Shown: positions 9,288-19,159 of the stretch, in pieces
How the letters are laid out: the number at the start of each line of letters is the position of its first letter
How positions within the stretch are numbered: the first letter of the stretch is position 1
Origin: Nannocystis sp.
Lineage (GTDB): Bacteria; Myxococcota_A; Polyangia; Nannocystales; Nannocystaceae
Direction: 5' to 3' (one strand)
Assembly (NCBI RefSeq): GCF_016717175.1
Contig: NZ_JADKFZ010000003.1
Length of the DNA stretch: 64,000 nt
Position numbers and translations under genes: made by a program
Notes under the pieces: generated by a model
The model's input: only the letters and a program-made list of their open reading frames with translations
Databases searched by the model: none
Told to the model about the DNA's origin: nothing

Positions 9288-10232
9288 ATGAAGGGCGTCG
9301 AGATCGTCGAGGGGCAGGCTTATTTCTCCGGTAGCACGGCGGAGCTGCAGCGGGCGCTGGCGGCGGGGGAGCTCGACGCGTGCGGCTCGCTGGTGGTCGA
9401 GGGCAAGCTGAACGCGCTGCCGCCGGAGATCGGGCGGCTGACGCGGCTGCGCGAGCTGGTGCTCGACACGGACACGCTGCAGACGATCGACCCGGCGATC
9501 TTCGCGTGCGCGGGGCTGGTGAAGCTGGTCGTGCATTCGAACCAGATCAAGGAGCTGCCGGCGGGCGGCTGGGGTCGGCTGGCGCGGCTGGAGCAGCTCG
9601 AGTTCGCGGGCGCCAAGGCGCTGCGCGGGCTGCCCGAGGACCTCGGGGCGGCGGCGTTGCTCGGCGGTGCCTTCGACTTGCTGCCGCAGACCAAGCTGAC
9701 CGCGCTGCCGCGATCGTTCGGGCGGCTGTCGCGGGTGACGCTGCTGCGCCTGCCGCCGGGGGTGGCGGCGCCGGATCCGATCGCGGGGATGACGGGGCTG
9801 CGTGAGCTGCGGGTGCGCGCCGTGGCGACGCTGCCGGAGGACCTCGGGGCGCTGCAGGAGCTGCGCTTCGTCGACGCGTGCGAGTGCCCGATCACGCGGC
9901 TGCCGGCGTCGATCGGGGGGGCGAGCGCGCTGCGATCGCTGAGCCTCGGACGCACGCTGGTGACGACGCTGCCGGACAGCGTGTGCGAGCGCGCTGGCGC
10001 TGCGAGATCTGGATCTGCAGCAGACGCCGCTGACGGAGCTGCCGGAGGCGATCGGGCGGGTGCCGCTGACGCGGCTGCGCTTGCAGCAGACGGCGATCGT
10101 GCGCCTGCCGGAGAGCCTGGCGACGCCGGCGGGCGACCTGCGGATCTACCTGCCGCGAGATCAGCGGGCGGCGATCGAGGCGAGCTCGGCGGGGTGCTGG
10201 CGGCGCTCGGCGAGCGGGTGGTGTTCGAGTAA
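9288..10232 (+). pseudogene. Leucine-rich-repeat protein with two apparent frameshifts near the 3' end
   Basis: LRR units (LxxLPxxIGxLxxLxxLxL) run from the ATG at 9288. At ~9985 the sensible continuation (ALRDLDLQQTPLTELPEAIGRVPLTRLRLQQTAIVRLPESL…) moves to another frame. It returns for the last ~16 codons (ELGGVLAALGERVVFE*). Confidence 0.6.
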
Positions 10233-10233
10233 T

Positions 10234-13200
10234 TCAGCGGGAATTGGCGGCGAGCCAGGCGTCGACCTCGGCGAGGGCGAGCTTCTGATCGCTGGCGCGC
10301 CAGCCGTCGCGGGCGTGCGTGGCGGCGGCGATCGCCCGGGCTCGATCGCCGTGACTCGCGAGCAAGGCGCGGGCGAGCTCGAAGTGGGCCTCGAGCTCGC
10401 CGTGTTGATCGCCGGGCTGGGCGGCGAAGATGGTGAGCGCGCGCTCGAGGCGGGGCAGGGCGTCGTGCGGGTGGTGCTCGGCGAGGTCGACGCGGGCGAG
10501 GTCCTTGAGGGTGAGGGCGAGGTCGGGGTGATCGGGGCCGAGGGCCTGCTCCTTGATCTTGCGGGCGCGCTCGAGGAGGGCGCGTGCGGGGCCGGTGGCG
10601 CCGCGGTGGAGCTCGAGGTTGGCGAGGTTGGCGAGGCTGTCGGCGACCAGGCGGTGGTCGGGGCCGAGGGCCTTCTCGCGGATCGCCAGGGCGCGCTCGT
10701 TGAGGCGGCGGGCCTGGGCGGGGTCGGTGATGGCGAGGAGCGTGGCGAGGTTGTTGAGCGCGTCGGCGAGGTCGGGGTGATCGGGGCCGAGGGCGGCCGC
10801 GAAGATCGGGATGGCGCGCTCGTAGCGGGCGCGGGCGGCCGCGTCGTCGCCGAGGGCGCGGTCGATCACGGCGAGGTTGACGAGGCTGTCGCCGACGGCG
10901 GGGTGGTCGGCGGCGAGGGCCTGCTCGCGGATCGCCAGGGCGCGCTCGTGCAGGGCTCGCGCGTCGGTGAAGGCGCCGGTGTGGTAGTGCACGAGGGCGA
11001 GGTTGTTGATGGTGTTGGCGACGGCGGGGTGGTTGGCGCCGAGGGTCTGCTGTTTGATCGCCAGGGCCCGCTCGTGCAGGGTCCGGGCGGTCGCGTAGTC
11101 GCCGAGGGCGACGTGCACGCTGGCGAGGTTGCCGAGGCTCTGGGCGAGGTCGGGGTGTTCGGGGCCGAGCGCCTCGGTGCGGATCTCGAGGGCTCGCTCG
11201 AGCACGGTGCGGGCCTCGGCGTTGTCGCCGGTGGCGAGGAGGAGGGCGCCGAGGTTGTTGAGGCCGAGGGCGACGGCGAGGTGCGCGGGGCCGAGGGCGC
11301 GCTCGCGGAGCGCGAGGCTCTCGCGGTAGAGGCCGTCGGCCTCGGCGTAGTCGCCGGCGAGGTCGAGGGCGGTGCCGAGGTGCTCGAGGCGGGCCGCGGC
11401 GACCAGGCCGACGGGGTCGCCCGCGTGGGCCGCGGCGACCTCGGCGTGGCGGAACCAGGCGCGGGCCTCGGGCGGGCGGGCGAGGTTGTAGCCGACGACG
11501 TGGATGAGCTCGCTGGCGGCGTCGCTGGCGACGGTCCAGGCGCCCTCGCGGGCGGCGAGGAAGTAGGCGGCGGCGAGTGTGGTCTCGGCGGCGGCGTAGG
11601 CTCCGCTGGCGGCGAGGGCGTGGCCCTCGACGTTGCGCGCGGCGGCGAGGAGGGGCGGCCAGGCGAGGGTCTCGGCGCGGGTGCGGGCGGCGACGGCCGC
11701 GGCGACGGCGTCGCTGTACTTGCCGGTGGCGGCGAGCGAGGTGGCGAGGGCGAGGGCCTCGCGGGTGGCGGCGATCTCGTCGCGGCGCTGGGTCGGCGGT
11801 GATGGTTGGCGCAGCAACCAATTCGGGTCGGTGCAGCGGTCGTCGACGGGCACGGCGGCGGCGGTCGGGACGGCGCGGTGGACCGCGGTGGCGTCGACGA
11901 CGGCGAGCTGGCGCAGCTGGGCGACGAGGCTGCTGCGGCGGTCGTCGAGGCACCACAGGGCGCGGCCCTGGGTCGCGGGGTCCCAGTCGCGGGCGAGCTC
12001 GGCGTGGCCGCAGACCTGGGTGCGGGCGGTCTTCCAGGCGCTGGCGTGGCGGTCGAACCACGGCAGCAGCTTGTCCACGGTGATCGCGGCCTGGGCGACG
12101 CCGGAGGCGAGGAAGGCGGCGCGCAGGCGTTCGCGGGCGGCGTCGTTCCAGACCTCGTCGATCGCGGCGCCGGTCTGCTCGCAGGCGGCGACGCGCTGGG
12201 CGTGATCGATGCGGCGGGCGGCGAGGACGGCGAGGGCCGCGAGCGTGACGACGGCGAGGCCGAGGGCGACCAGCTTGAGGCGGGCCCGGCTGCGGCCGCG
12301 ATCGAGGGCGGTGAGCAGGGCGGCGAGGTCGGGCCAGCGTTGCGCCGGGGCTGTTGCGAGGCCGCGGACGAGCACGCGGTACAGCCAGCGGGGCACGCCG
12401 CGGCCGCGCGGTGGGGGCCGGCGATGGCCCGCGAGGACCTCGGCGCGGAGCTTGAGCAAGGTCGCGCCGACGAAGGGGCGCTCGCCGTACAGGAGCTCCC
12501 AGGCCATGACGCACCAGCCGAATTGATCGGCGGCGGCCTCGGCCTCGCGGCCCTCCCACTGCTCGGGGGCCATGTACGCGGGGGTGCCTTGCACGGCGCC
12601 GACGCGGGTGAGCCTCGCGCTGAGGACGGCGAGGTCGGAGCGGGAGGCGGAGTCGGTGCCGGGTTCGAGGTCGGGGACGGTGGGGAGGGCGGCGGTGGCG
12701 AGGCGGCCGTGGGCGAGGCCGAAGTCCATGACGCGGACGCGGTCGTCGTGATCGACCATGACGTTGTCGGGCTTGAGGTCGCGGTGGACCAGACCGGCGG
12801 CGTGGGCCGCCGCGACGCCGCGGGCGGCGTCACGCAGGGCGCGCAGGAGCTCGGGCCAGCGGCGCGGGCGTTCGCGGGCCCAGGCGTCGAGGGTCTGGCC
12901 GGCGACGAACTCCATGGCGATCCACACGCGGCCGGCGTGGGTGCCGACGTCGTGGACGGTGACGACGTTGGGGTGGGCGAGCTTGGCGAGGGCCTGGGCC
13001 TCGCGCAGGAGGCGGAGCTCGCCGGCGCCGTCCGGACGCGGGCGCAGCAGCTTGAGCGCGACCTTGCGGTCGAGGTCGGGGTCGAAGGCGGCGTGGACGA
13101 CCCCCATCGCGCCGGCGCCGAGGCGGTCGAGGATGACGTAGCGGCCGATCACCGTGCCGCGCTGGAGCTCGTCGCTGGCGAGGGCGAGGCAATCGCCAGC

Positions 13201-13242
13201 GTCGGGTGCCCCGGCGGCGGTGTCGTCCAGCGCGAGGGTCAT
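10234..13242 (-). CDS. Ser/Thr protein kinase with a TM segment and C-terminal TPR (TPR_10/12-type) repeat array
   Basis: It has the Hanks kinase motifs (GxGxxGxV, VALK, HRDLKPDN, DFG, TPAYMAPE), then a hydrophobic segment, then ~10 tandem 42-aa repeats (ALxIREKALGPDHPDxAxSLNNLA). It starts with ATG at 13242. Confidence 0.9.
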   Translation of the reverse strand: MTLALDDTAAGAPDAGDCLALASDELQRGTVIGRYVILDRLGAGAMGVVHAAFDPDLDRKVALKLLRPRPDGAGELRLLREAQALAKLAHPNVVTVHDVGTHAGRVWIAMEFVAGQTLDAWARERPRRWPELLRALRDAARGVAAAHAAGLVHRDLKPDNVMVDHDDRVRVMDFGLAHGRLATAALPTVPDLEPGTDSASRSDLAVLSARLTRVGAVQGTPAYMAPEQWEGREAEAAADQFGWCVMAWELLYGERPFVGATLLKLRAEVLAGHRRPPPRGRGVPRWLYRVLVRGLATAPAQRWPDLAALLTALDRGRSRARLKLVALGLAVVTLAALAVLAARRIDHAQRVAACEQTGAAIDEVWNDAARERLRAAFLASGVAQAAITVDKLLPWFDRHASAWKTARTQVCGHAELARDWDPATQGRALWCLDDRRSSLVAQLRQLAVVDATAVHRAVPTAAAVPVDDRCTDPNWLLRQPSPPTQRRDEIAATREALALATSLAATGKYSDAVAAAVAARTRAETLAWPPLLAAARNVEGHALAASGAYAAAETTLAAAYFLAAREGAWTVASDAASELIHVVGYNLARPPEARAWFRHAEVAAAHAGDPVGLVAAARLEHLGTALDLAGDYAEADGLYRESLALRERALGPAHLAVALGLNNLGALLLATGDNAEARTVLERALEIRTEALGPEHPDLAQSLGNLASVHVALGDYATARTLHERALAIKQQTLGANHPAVANTINNLALVHYHTGAFTDARALHERALAIREQALAADHPAVGDSLVNLAVIDRALGDDAAARARYERAIPIFAAALGPDHPDLADALNNLATLLAITDPAQARRLNERALAIREKALGPDHRLVADSLANLANLELHRGATGPARALLERARKIKEQALGPDHPDLALTLKDLARVDLAEHHPHDALPRLERALTIFAAQPGDQHGELEAHFELARALLASHGDRARAIAAATHARDGWRASDQKLALAEVDAWLAANSR

Positions 13243-13450
13243 GCCAGGTCGGGACGCTAACACGGGCCGTCGTGGGGCGGGTAGGTGCACCGGGGCGGTG
13301 CGCGGACCGGACGGCTGCGCTGGCGGAGCTGTTGGCGCGTGGGGTCGCGTAAGATGCTCGGGTCAGCCGTCGCTGCAACAATGCGTTGCGCCGCGACGCG
13401 CTTTCGTCGGGGCCCGGGCGGCCCCATCCTCGTCCTGCCAAGGAGCCACC

Positions 13451-14620
13451 GTGACCGCCGACGACCACGCCGAACGACTCACCCGCCGCGAGCTCATCAC
13501 CGGGCTCGCGGGCGCCGCCCTGGCCGGGGTATCCGGCTGCGACGGGAGCACTCCTGGCATTCCCGATCCGAACGATCGAAAGAGCGAGGTATCTGTGCAA
13601 CAGCAAGACCCTGTATTGAGCGCGCGCCCGCTGGGTTTCCAGTGGGAGACCATCGACCCATTTCTGTTTTGTGTGCACCACGACGACGCCTATCCGGCCG
13701 GCAATGAGCAGCTCGGCCCGGCGAGCTCGCTGGCGGGCCGCGACATCGGCCAGGACTTCGCGGGCGTCGACGGCTGGCGCATGTACCACGGCGACGTGGT
13801 GCCGGGCTTCCCGCAGCACCCGCACCGCGGCTTCGAGACGGTGACGGTGGTGCGTCGCGGGCTCATCGACCACAGCGACTCGCTGGGCGCGACGGCCCGG
13901 TTCGGCCGCGGCGACACGCAGTGGCTGACGGCCGGCGCGGGCATCGTGCATTCGGAGATGTTCCCGCTGGTCGAGCGCGACGCGGGCAATCCGCTCGAGC
14001 TGTTTCAGATCTGGCTCAATCTGCCGCGCGCGAGCAAGTTCGCGGCGCCGTACTTCTCGATGCTGTGGCGCGAGACGACGCCGGTCCGCGTCGAGACGGA
14101 CGCGCAGGGGCGCAGCACCGAGATCACGGTGATCGCGGGCGACCTCGCGGACACCCGGGCCCCGGCGCCGCCGCCGGACTCGTGGGCGGCGCGGGGCGAC
14201 AGCGACGTGGCGATCTGGTCGATCACGATGGCGCCGGGGGCCCGCTGGACCCTGCCGGCGGCGTCGGCGGGGACCAATCGCACGCTGTACTTCTACCGCG
14301 GGGCGGGGCTCACGGTCGCGGGGCGCAAGGCGGCGGCGCGCACGGGGCTGCGGCTGCGGCCGGAGGCGGCGGTGGAGCTGGTCAATGGTGATTCGCCCGG
14401 CGAGCTGTTGCTGCTGCAGGGCCGGCCGATCGGGGAGCCGGTGGTGCAGCACGGGCCGTTTGTGATGAATACGCGGGACGAGATCGCCCAGGCCTTCGCG
14501 GACTATCGTCGCACGGGCTTCGGCGGCTGGCCGTGGAGCAGCGACGGGCCGGCGCACGCGCGCGGGGAGGGGCGCTTCGCGATCCACGCGGACGGGCGCC
14601 GCGAGACGCGGGTGGGGTGA
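13451..14620 (+). CDS. Pirin-family protein with an N-terminal Tat signal and lipobox
   Basis: The GTG at 13451 is preceded by AAGGAG 6 nt upstream. The N-terminus MTADDHAERLTRRELITGLAGAALAGVSGC has a twin-arginine RRxLI motif and LAG-C. It has pirin N- and C-terminal cupin domains (HPHRGFETVTVV…, GPFVMNTRDEIAQAFADYR). Confidence 0.8.
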   Translation: MTADDHAERLTRRELITGLAGAALAGVSGCDGSTPGIPDPNDRKSEVSVQQQDPVLSARPLGFQWETIDPFLFCVHHDDAYPAGNEQLGPASSLAGRDIGQDFAGVDGWRMYHGDVVPGFPQHPHRGFETVTVVRRGLIDHSDSLGATARFGRGDTQWLTAGAGIVHSEMFPLVERDAGNPLELFQIWLNLPRASKFAAPYFSMLWRETTPVRVETDAQGRSTEITVIAGDLADTRAPAPPPDSWAARGDSDVAIWSITMAPGARWTLPAASAGTNRTLYFYRGAGLTVAGRKAAARTGLRLRPEAAVELVNGDSPGELLLLQGRPIGEPVVQHGPFVMNTRDEIAQAFADYRRTGFGGWPWSSDGPAHARGEGRFAIHADGRRETRVG

Positions 14621-14624
14621 GCGG

Positions 14625-14655
14625 CGGGTGGTGACAGTGACAGGGTCACCGCCCG
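14625..14655. terminator. GC-rich inverted repeat between the convergent pirin and DUF4157 genes, a candidate bidirectional terminator
   Basis: CGGGTGGTGAC-agtgacagg-GTCACCGCCCG forms an 11-bp stem with one mismatch, in the 72-bp gap between the two stops. Confidence 0.45.
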
Positions 14656-14692
14656 GCGCCTATGCGGCGAGCGCGGATCGCTGCACGCGGGT

Positions 14693-16282
14693 TCACTGCG
14701 CCATATCGATGTAGAACCACGCGCTGTGGGCGCCCGAGCCGGCGCTCTTGTCTCTTTGCGTGTAGATCGGGACCAGGTCGTTCGAGCGGTCGTAGAGCTG
14801 ATAGTGGGTCACGGTGAGGTAGATGATGCCGCTCATGTAGTCGAGCACGATCTTGCTGTTGTGCGCGTCGTTCAGGAGACCCGTGCCGGTGTATTCGGCG
14901 TAGCCGATCGGTGCGTTCGCCGGCTTGTCATATGGTTTGACCGAGGTCGCGGTGTAGTGGTTATGCAGCGGCACGGCGTTGTTCGGGAGCCCGGCGCCCT
15001 GCATCTCGGGGAGCTGGCCCTGCTCGTTCATGTGCCATGAACGCAGGGTCGCCGGCTCCTTGGGGTTCTTCTCCTTCTGCTGCTGGGCCACCTGGCTGCG
15101 ATCGTCGAGCACCGCGCCGATCCGCCAGGATGTGTAGATATCGCGGATCAAGTTGCGCAGGGGGGCGGGCAGGGCCGCCTTGGCCAGGCTCCAGCGGATC
15201 CCCGGGATGTCGGGCTGCTGCGGGTTCTCCTTGGTGCCCGGGGCGGCGGTCCGGTCCGCCAGGCCGCTCGCGGTGACGAGGCCTTCCATGATGCCGAGGG
15301 CCTGCTTGGTCGGGTCGGTCTTCCAGTTGTCGGCGCGGGTGTTGCTGTACGAGCCGAGGTCCTCCTTGTAGCTCGTGTACGCGGTCAGGACCCGGTTGAT
15401 CTCGAGCACGAGCGCGTCCGCGGGCGCGGTGCAGCCGGTCCAATCGTTGCTCGTCTGGCTCGCGGTGAATGCGGTCGTGAGGGCCGTGAATGCGGTGAGC
15501 AGTGCCGCCGCGCTCTCGTCGTCCGCCATCTTGGCTGTGCCCTGGCCCTTGGCCGAATTGCGGGCGAGCTGGTACTCGGGGCTGATGAAGTCTTTCACGA
15601 ATTCGCTGACCAGAGCCTGTGTCGCGGGCCGCTGCGCGAGCCATTGCGTGTAGCTGAAACGGATCAATCGCTGGACGACGGACTCGGAGCGCGGGAGGTT
15701 GTGGCCAGGTGGCGCGACGCGGTCGAGCAGGGGCTCGGCGGATTGCCCGGTCTGGACCCGCTCGGCGATCGCGTCGGCGTGGCGCTCGTGGACGTCGCCG
15801 ACGCGGCCGACCCGCGACGGCAGCGAGATACCCGCGCGTTGCTGGATCGCGTGGGCGGCCTCGTGCGCGGCGGTTCGCAGGTCCGGCGGGCGGGAGAAGA
15901 CGACGTGCTCGCCGAGCGCGTAGGCCTCCGCGTGGATCGCCGCGGCGCTGGCCGACGCGGCCGGGCCGAGGTGCGCCTGCAGGCCGGCGATCGTGTGGTG
16001 GCCGAAGCTGCGGGCGATCGCCTCGCCGTGCGGATAGTGGGTCCCGGGGGTGCGGGTGCCGGCCAGCGCGGTGGCGAAGATCGCCGTCGGCTCGGTTGCC
16101 GTCGTCAGGGCGCCGCGGAGCTGTTGCAGCAGCTGGACGACGCCGCGGTTGCCGAGCCTGCGATGCAAGGAGTGGATCGCCGGGGGCCGGCGTGGGGCTG
16201 CGCCGGGCCGCTCGAGCGCCGGGCGGTCGCCGGGGGATCGGGCCTCGTCGCGGGTCTGCGCGGCGGCTTCGGGACCATGCAT
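14693..16282 (-). CDS. DUF4157-domain protein (HExxH zincin-like N-terminal module) with an uncharacterised ~370-aa C-terminal domain of lower GC; candidate polymorphic or eCIS-type toxin
   Basis: The N-terminus has …[15 protein letters not shown]…[38 protein letters not shown]…[12 protein letters not shown]. This matches the DUF4157 signature (FGhDFSrVRvH … LLAHELtHVvQQ). It starts with ATG at 16282; a TTG at 16327 is the alternative. The C-terminal half (~14693-15400) is 55-63% GC against ~72% elsewhere. Confidence 0.8.
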   Translation of the reverse strand: MHGPEAAAQTRDEARSPGDRPALERPGAAPRRPPAIHSLHRRLGNRGVVQLLQQLRGALTTATEPTAIFATALAGTRTPGTHYPHGEAIARSFGHHTIAGLQAHLGPAASASAAAIHAEAYALGEHVVFSRPPDLRTAAHEAAHAIQQRAGISLPSRVGRVGDVHERHADAIAERVQTGQSAEPLLDRVAPPGHNLPRSESVVQRLIRFSYTQWLAQRPATQALVSEFVKDFISPEYQLARNSAKGQGTAKMADDESAAALLTAFTALTTAFTASQTSNDWTGCTAPADALVLEINRVLTAYTSYKEDLGSYSNTRADNWKTDPTKQALGIMEGLVTASGLADRTAAPGTKENPQQPDIPGIRWSLAKAALPAPLRNLIRDIYTSWRIGAVLDDRSQVAQQQKEKNPKEPATLRSWHMNEQGQLPEMQGAGLPNNAVPLHNHYTATSVKPYDKPANAPIGYAEYTGTGLLNDAHNSKIVLDYMSGIIYLTVTHYQLYDRSNDLVPIYTQRDKSAGSGAHSAWFYIDMAQ

Positions 16283-16412
16283 CGCTGGCACGGCACGAGG
16301 AGAGCGTGAGACGCCGGTCGAGGTCAAGTCGCTGTGAGCGCGCGTCGCTGGCCGAGGGCGCCGTTGTATACCGGTGGCGGTTTTCGCTGCGCGCGGCCTG
16401 GGTGAGGGCGGT

Positions 16413-18011
16413 TCACGGCTTGGGCTCGCACATGTTGGCGGGATCGAGCAGGTCCGGGTCCCAGGCGCCGTGGCAGTACTTCCCGTAGTTGGGCCACTCC
16501 TTGTTGTTCGCGTCGATGTAGATCGCGTTGCCCGGATCGTAGGCGAATTCGCAGAGGTCGCAGTCGTCCGGGATATCGTCGTAGTCCTGATCCCAGGCCG
16601 GCAGGAGGCACAGATAGTTCCACAGCTCGCTCGGGTCGTCGACGTTGCAGGCCTCGATCTTGTGGGCCTTGCCGTCCGCGCTGTGGGTCAGGGCCTCGTC
16701 GCAGCCGGGCGGCAGCTCGAAGACCCCCGCGGCCCGCGGTCCGAGCTCGTCGACGACCAGCGGCACCCCGTCCGGGTCGTGCAGCTGCATCCCGTCGTAC
16801 ACCGTGACGCAGCAGCGGCCGCCGACGCTGACGTCGTAGAAGCCGAAGGGCCGCGCGTTGGCCCGCTCGTCGCACCCGGGGTTGCGCTCGCACGCAGTGC
16901 CGATGAAGTCGCCGTCGGGATCGTCCAGCTTCGCGCCGGCTTCGGTGACCTGCTCGGGGTTGGCGAGGTCCGGGCAGGTGTCGCAGAGGTCGCCGACGCC
17001 GTCGCCGTCGTGATCGGCGTGGTTGCAGCGCCCGGCCGTGCAGGCGGCCCCGTCCGGGCAATCGCCGCACTTGTGCGGCGCGACCGGTTGGCGCGGGCAG
17101 GCGTCGACCAGGTTGGCCACGCCGTCCTGATCGAAGTCGTCGTCGTCCGCGAAGCCGACCGGTCCGGCGGCGCCGGGGAGCATCATGCCGGCGCAGCTGT
17201 CCCCGACCTTGTCGAGGTCGAGGTCTGGCTGGCAGTCCGGCGCGTCGAGGTCGATCAACGTGCCGACGGCGAAGGGCGTGAGCCCCGGCCCGTCGCCGAA
17301 GCCCTGGCAATTGGCGGCGCGCACGCAGTTGTCACACACGTCGCCGATACCGTCGCGGTCGGCGTCGCCCTGCTGGGGGACGTTGCGCACCCGCATGTAG
17401 AACGGCACGGCCAGCGCGTCCTTGTTGTAGAGCGAGAGCTGGCGTGGGCACACATCGCAGCCGTTGCCGACGCCGTCCTTGTCGGTGTCCGCGGTGTTGT
17501 TGTCGGTGGCGACTGTCGGGCAGCGATCGACGATGTCGCCGAAGCCGTCGCCGTCCATGTCCAGCTGGTCGGGGTTGTGGTGGTCGGGCGCGTTGTCGCA
17601 GAAGAAGTGGACCTCGTCCCGGTCCATGTCGAGCTTGCACTTGGTGATCGGATCGTCGCAGGGCGGCGGCGGCGGGTGCTCGCATACCTCGGGCACCGGG
17701 ATGAGCCCCGTCTCGCCGGACTCGTCGCCGGTGCTGGCGCTGGTCGTCGCGCTGTCCCCGGTCCCGCTCGTGGTCGGCGCAGCGCTCGTGCCGGTGCTGT
17801 CCCCGGGCCCGCCGGTGGTCGGCACGGCGCTCGCGCCGGTGCTGTCCCCGGGCCCGCCGGTGGTCAATTCGGTGGTGTTGTTGTCGGTGGTGGTCGCTGG
17901 CTCGCCCGGACAGGCCGTGACGCACAGCGCCAGGATGGTGAGCGTCACGGCGACGTGACCCACGGGAATGCGGGCACCACGCTTCACTTGCAGGACCAAG
18001 TCAAGGGTCAT
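16413..18011 (-). CDS. Lipoprotein with thrombospondin-type-3 (calcium-binding DxDxDG) repeats and Cys-rich segments
   Basis: It starts with ATG at 18011 ([34 protein letters not shown]). It has a T/G/S-rich linker with a ~45-bp tandem DNA repeat at ~17783-17866 ([15 protein letters not shown] ×2). There are many DxDGDGxxDxxDxCP motifs. It is 130 bp upstream of the DUF4157 gene on the same strand. Confidence 0.8.
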   Translation of the reverse strand: MTLDLVLQVKRGARIPVGHVAVTLTILALCVTACPGEPATTTDNNTTELTTGGPGDSTGASAVPTTGGPGDSTGTSAAPTTSGTGDSATTSASTGDESGETGLIPVPEVCEHPPPPPCDDPITKCKLDMDRDEVHFFCDNAPDHHNPDQLDMDGDGFGDIVDRCPTVATDNNTADTDKDGVGNGCDVCPRQLSLYNKDALAVPFYMRVRNVPQQGDADRDGIGDVCDNCVRAANCQGFGDGPGLTPFAVGTLIDLDAPDCQPDLDLDKVGDSCAGMMLPGAAGPVGFADDDDFDQDGVANLVDACPRQPVAPHKCGDCPDGAACTAGRCNHADHDGDGVGDLCDTCPDLANPEQVTEAGAKLDDPDGDFIGTACERNPGCDERANARPFGFYDVSVGGRCCVTVYDGMQLHDPDGVPLVVDELGPRAAGVFELPPGCDEALTHSADGKAHKIEACNVDDPSELWNYLCLLPAWDQDYDDIPDDCDLCEFAYDPGNAIYIDANNKEWPNYGKYCHGAWDPDLLDPANMCEPKP

Positions 18012-18079
18012 CACGGCACTATACACCTCGGGGGCGAGTCGCGGCCCCCCGCACTTCGGCAGGAATGGTGGCGCTCGGA

Positions 18080-19048
18080 TCAGACCGGCGGGGGCGCGGT
18101 GACGAAGGCGTCGGCGAGGATCTGGTTCATGCGGGCGCCGCGGAGGAAGCACTGCTTGCGCAGGGCCTGGACGCGCTCGGGGTCGCCGCAGAGGAACACG
18201 CGGTGGCCGGCGAGTTTGGGGTGAAGTGCGGCGGCGACCGCCTCGATGCCGCCGATCTGCAGGCCCTCGGCGGCCTCGCCGTGGAGGGCGCAGCGGAGAT
18301 AGGAGAAATTCGCGTGCGCGCGGGACATGTCCTTCAGGACATCTACGAGGTAAAGCCCGGCGGGGGTGACGGCGCCGTGGAGCAGGGTGATAGGGCCGGT
18401 GTGACCGCGGTGGAGGGCGTCGCGGGCGATGCCGAGGAGCGGCGCGAGGCCGGTGCCGGTGCCGATGAGCAGGAGCGGCTGCTCGGGGCTGCCGTCGGTG
18501 TAGAAGCAGTCGCCCTCGGGGCCGCGGATGCGCAGTTGATCGCCGGGGCGCAGGTCGTGGGCGATCCACTGGCTCATGCGGCCGTGGGGGAGCGCGCGGA
18601 CGTGCAGCTCGAGGGTGTCGTCGCCTGGCAGGTTTGCGAGCGAGTAGCTGCGGGCGAGGCCGTCGGCGCGCAGGAGGGTGATGAACTGGCCGGCGCGGTG
18701 GACCAGCGGGGCGAGCGGGCGCAGGCGCAGGCGGACGACGTCGACGGAGAGCGGCTCGATCGCTACGACCTCGGCGTCCTGCGGCGGGTCGTCGTCGACC
18801 GCGATCGTGAGGTCGGACTCGGGGCGGCACAGGCAGGCGAGGAAGTAGCCGCGCTCGCGCTGGGTCGGCTTGAGGCCGACCTGCGAGGCGGGCGGCGGAT
18901 CGCCGCTGCTGGCGCGCAGGCGGCAGCTCTGGCAGGCGCCGGCGCGGCAGCTGTTGGGGACCGGGACGCCGGCGCGCAGGAGGGCGTCGAGGGCGGTCTC
19001 ACCTGGCTCGAGGGACAGGTGAAGATCGCCGTGGTGCAGCACGGGCAT
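18080..19048 (-). CDS. 2Fe-2S ferredoxin / FAD-NAD(P)-binding oxidoreductase of the ferredoxin-reductase family
   Basis: The N-terminal plant-type ferredoxin Cys cluster (CRAGACQSC…C) is followed by an FNR-like FAD/NAD domain (RSYSLAN, GTGLAPL). It is immediately downstream of the truncated haemoglobin gene. Confidence 0.85.
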   Translation of the reverse strand: MPVLHHGDLHLSLEPGETALDALLRAGVPVPNSCRAGACQSCRLRASSGDPPPASQVGLKPTQRERGYFLACLCRPESDLTIAVDDDPPQDAEVVAIEPLSVDVVRLRLRPLAPLVHRAGQFITLLRADGLARSYSLANLPGDDTLELHVRALPHGRMSQWIAHDLRPGDQLRIRGPEGDCFYTDGSPEQPLLLIGTGTGLAPLLGIARDALHRGHTGPITLLHGAVTPAGLYLVDVLKDMSRAHANFSYLRCALHGEAAEGLQIGGIEAVAAALHPKLAGHRVFLCGDPERVQALRKQCFLRGARMNQILADAFVTAPPPV

Positions 19049-19159
19049 GGCGGACTCCTGAGGGATGGATGGGCCGCGCAGGTTCCGGGACGGCCCGGGT
19101 CGCGCGGCGACCCGGGCGTGGAACCTGGCGCGGCTGGAGGACCGCGACCGCCGGGACGA

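Noticed and set aside
10866-13260. ORFs 10866..12833- (655 aa), 11806..13260+ (484 aa) and 10060..11802+ (580 aa) overlapping the kinase gene
   Set aside because: They are alternate frames or antisense of the STPK-TPR gene. The amino-acid composition is dominated by A/P/R/S/G. The real frame has clear Hanks motifs and TPR repeats.
14726-15040. A 104-aa ORF antisense inside the DUF4157 gene's C-terminal region, considered as a possible immunity gene
   Set aside because: It is wholly embedded antisense and has no start context. Its composition is typical of a GC-frame artefact. Immunity genes sit downstream, not antisense within the toxin domain.
16374-18224. A 616-aa plus-strand ORF and 17332..17925- ORF across the TSP3 lipoprotein gene
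   Set aside because: They are antisense or off-frame to a gene with clear signal peptide and repeated DxDxDG motifs. Their translations are R/G/A-rich nonsense.
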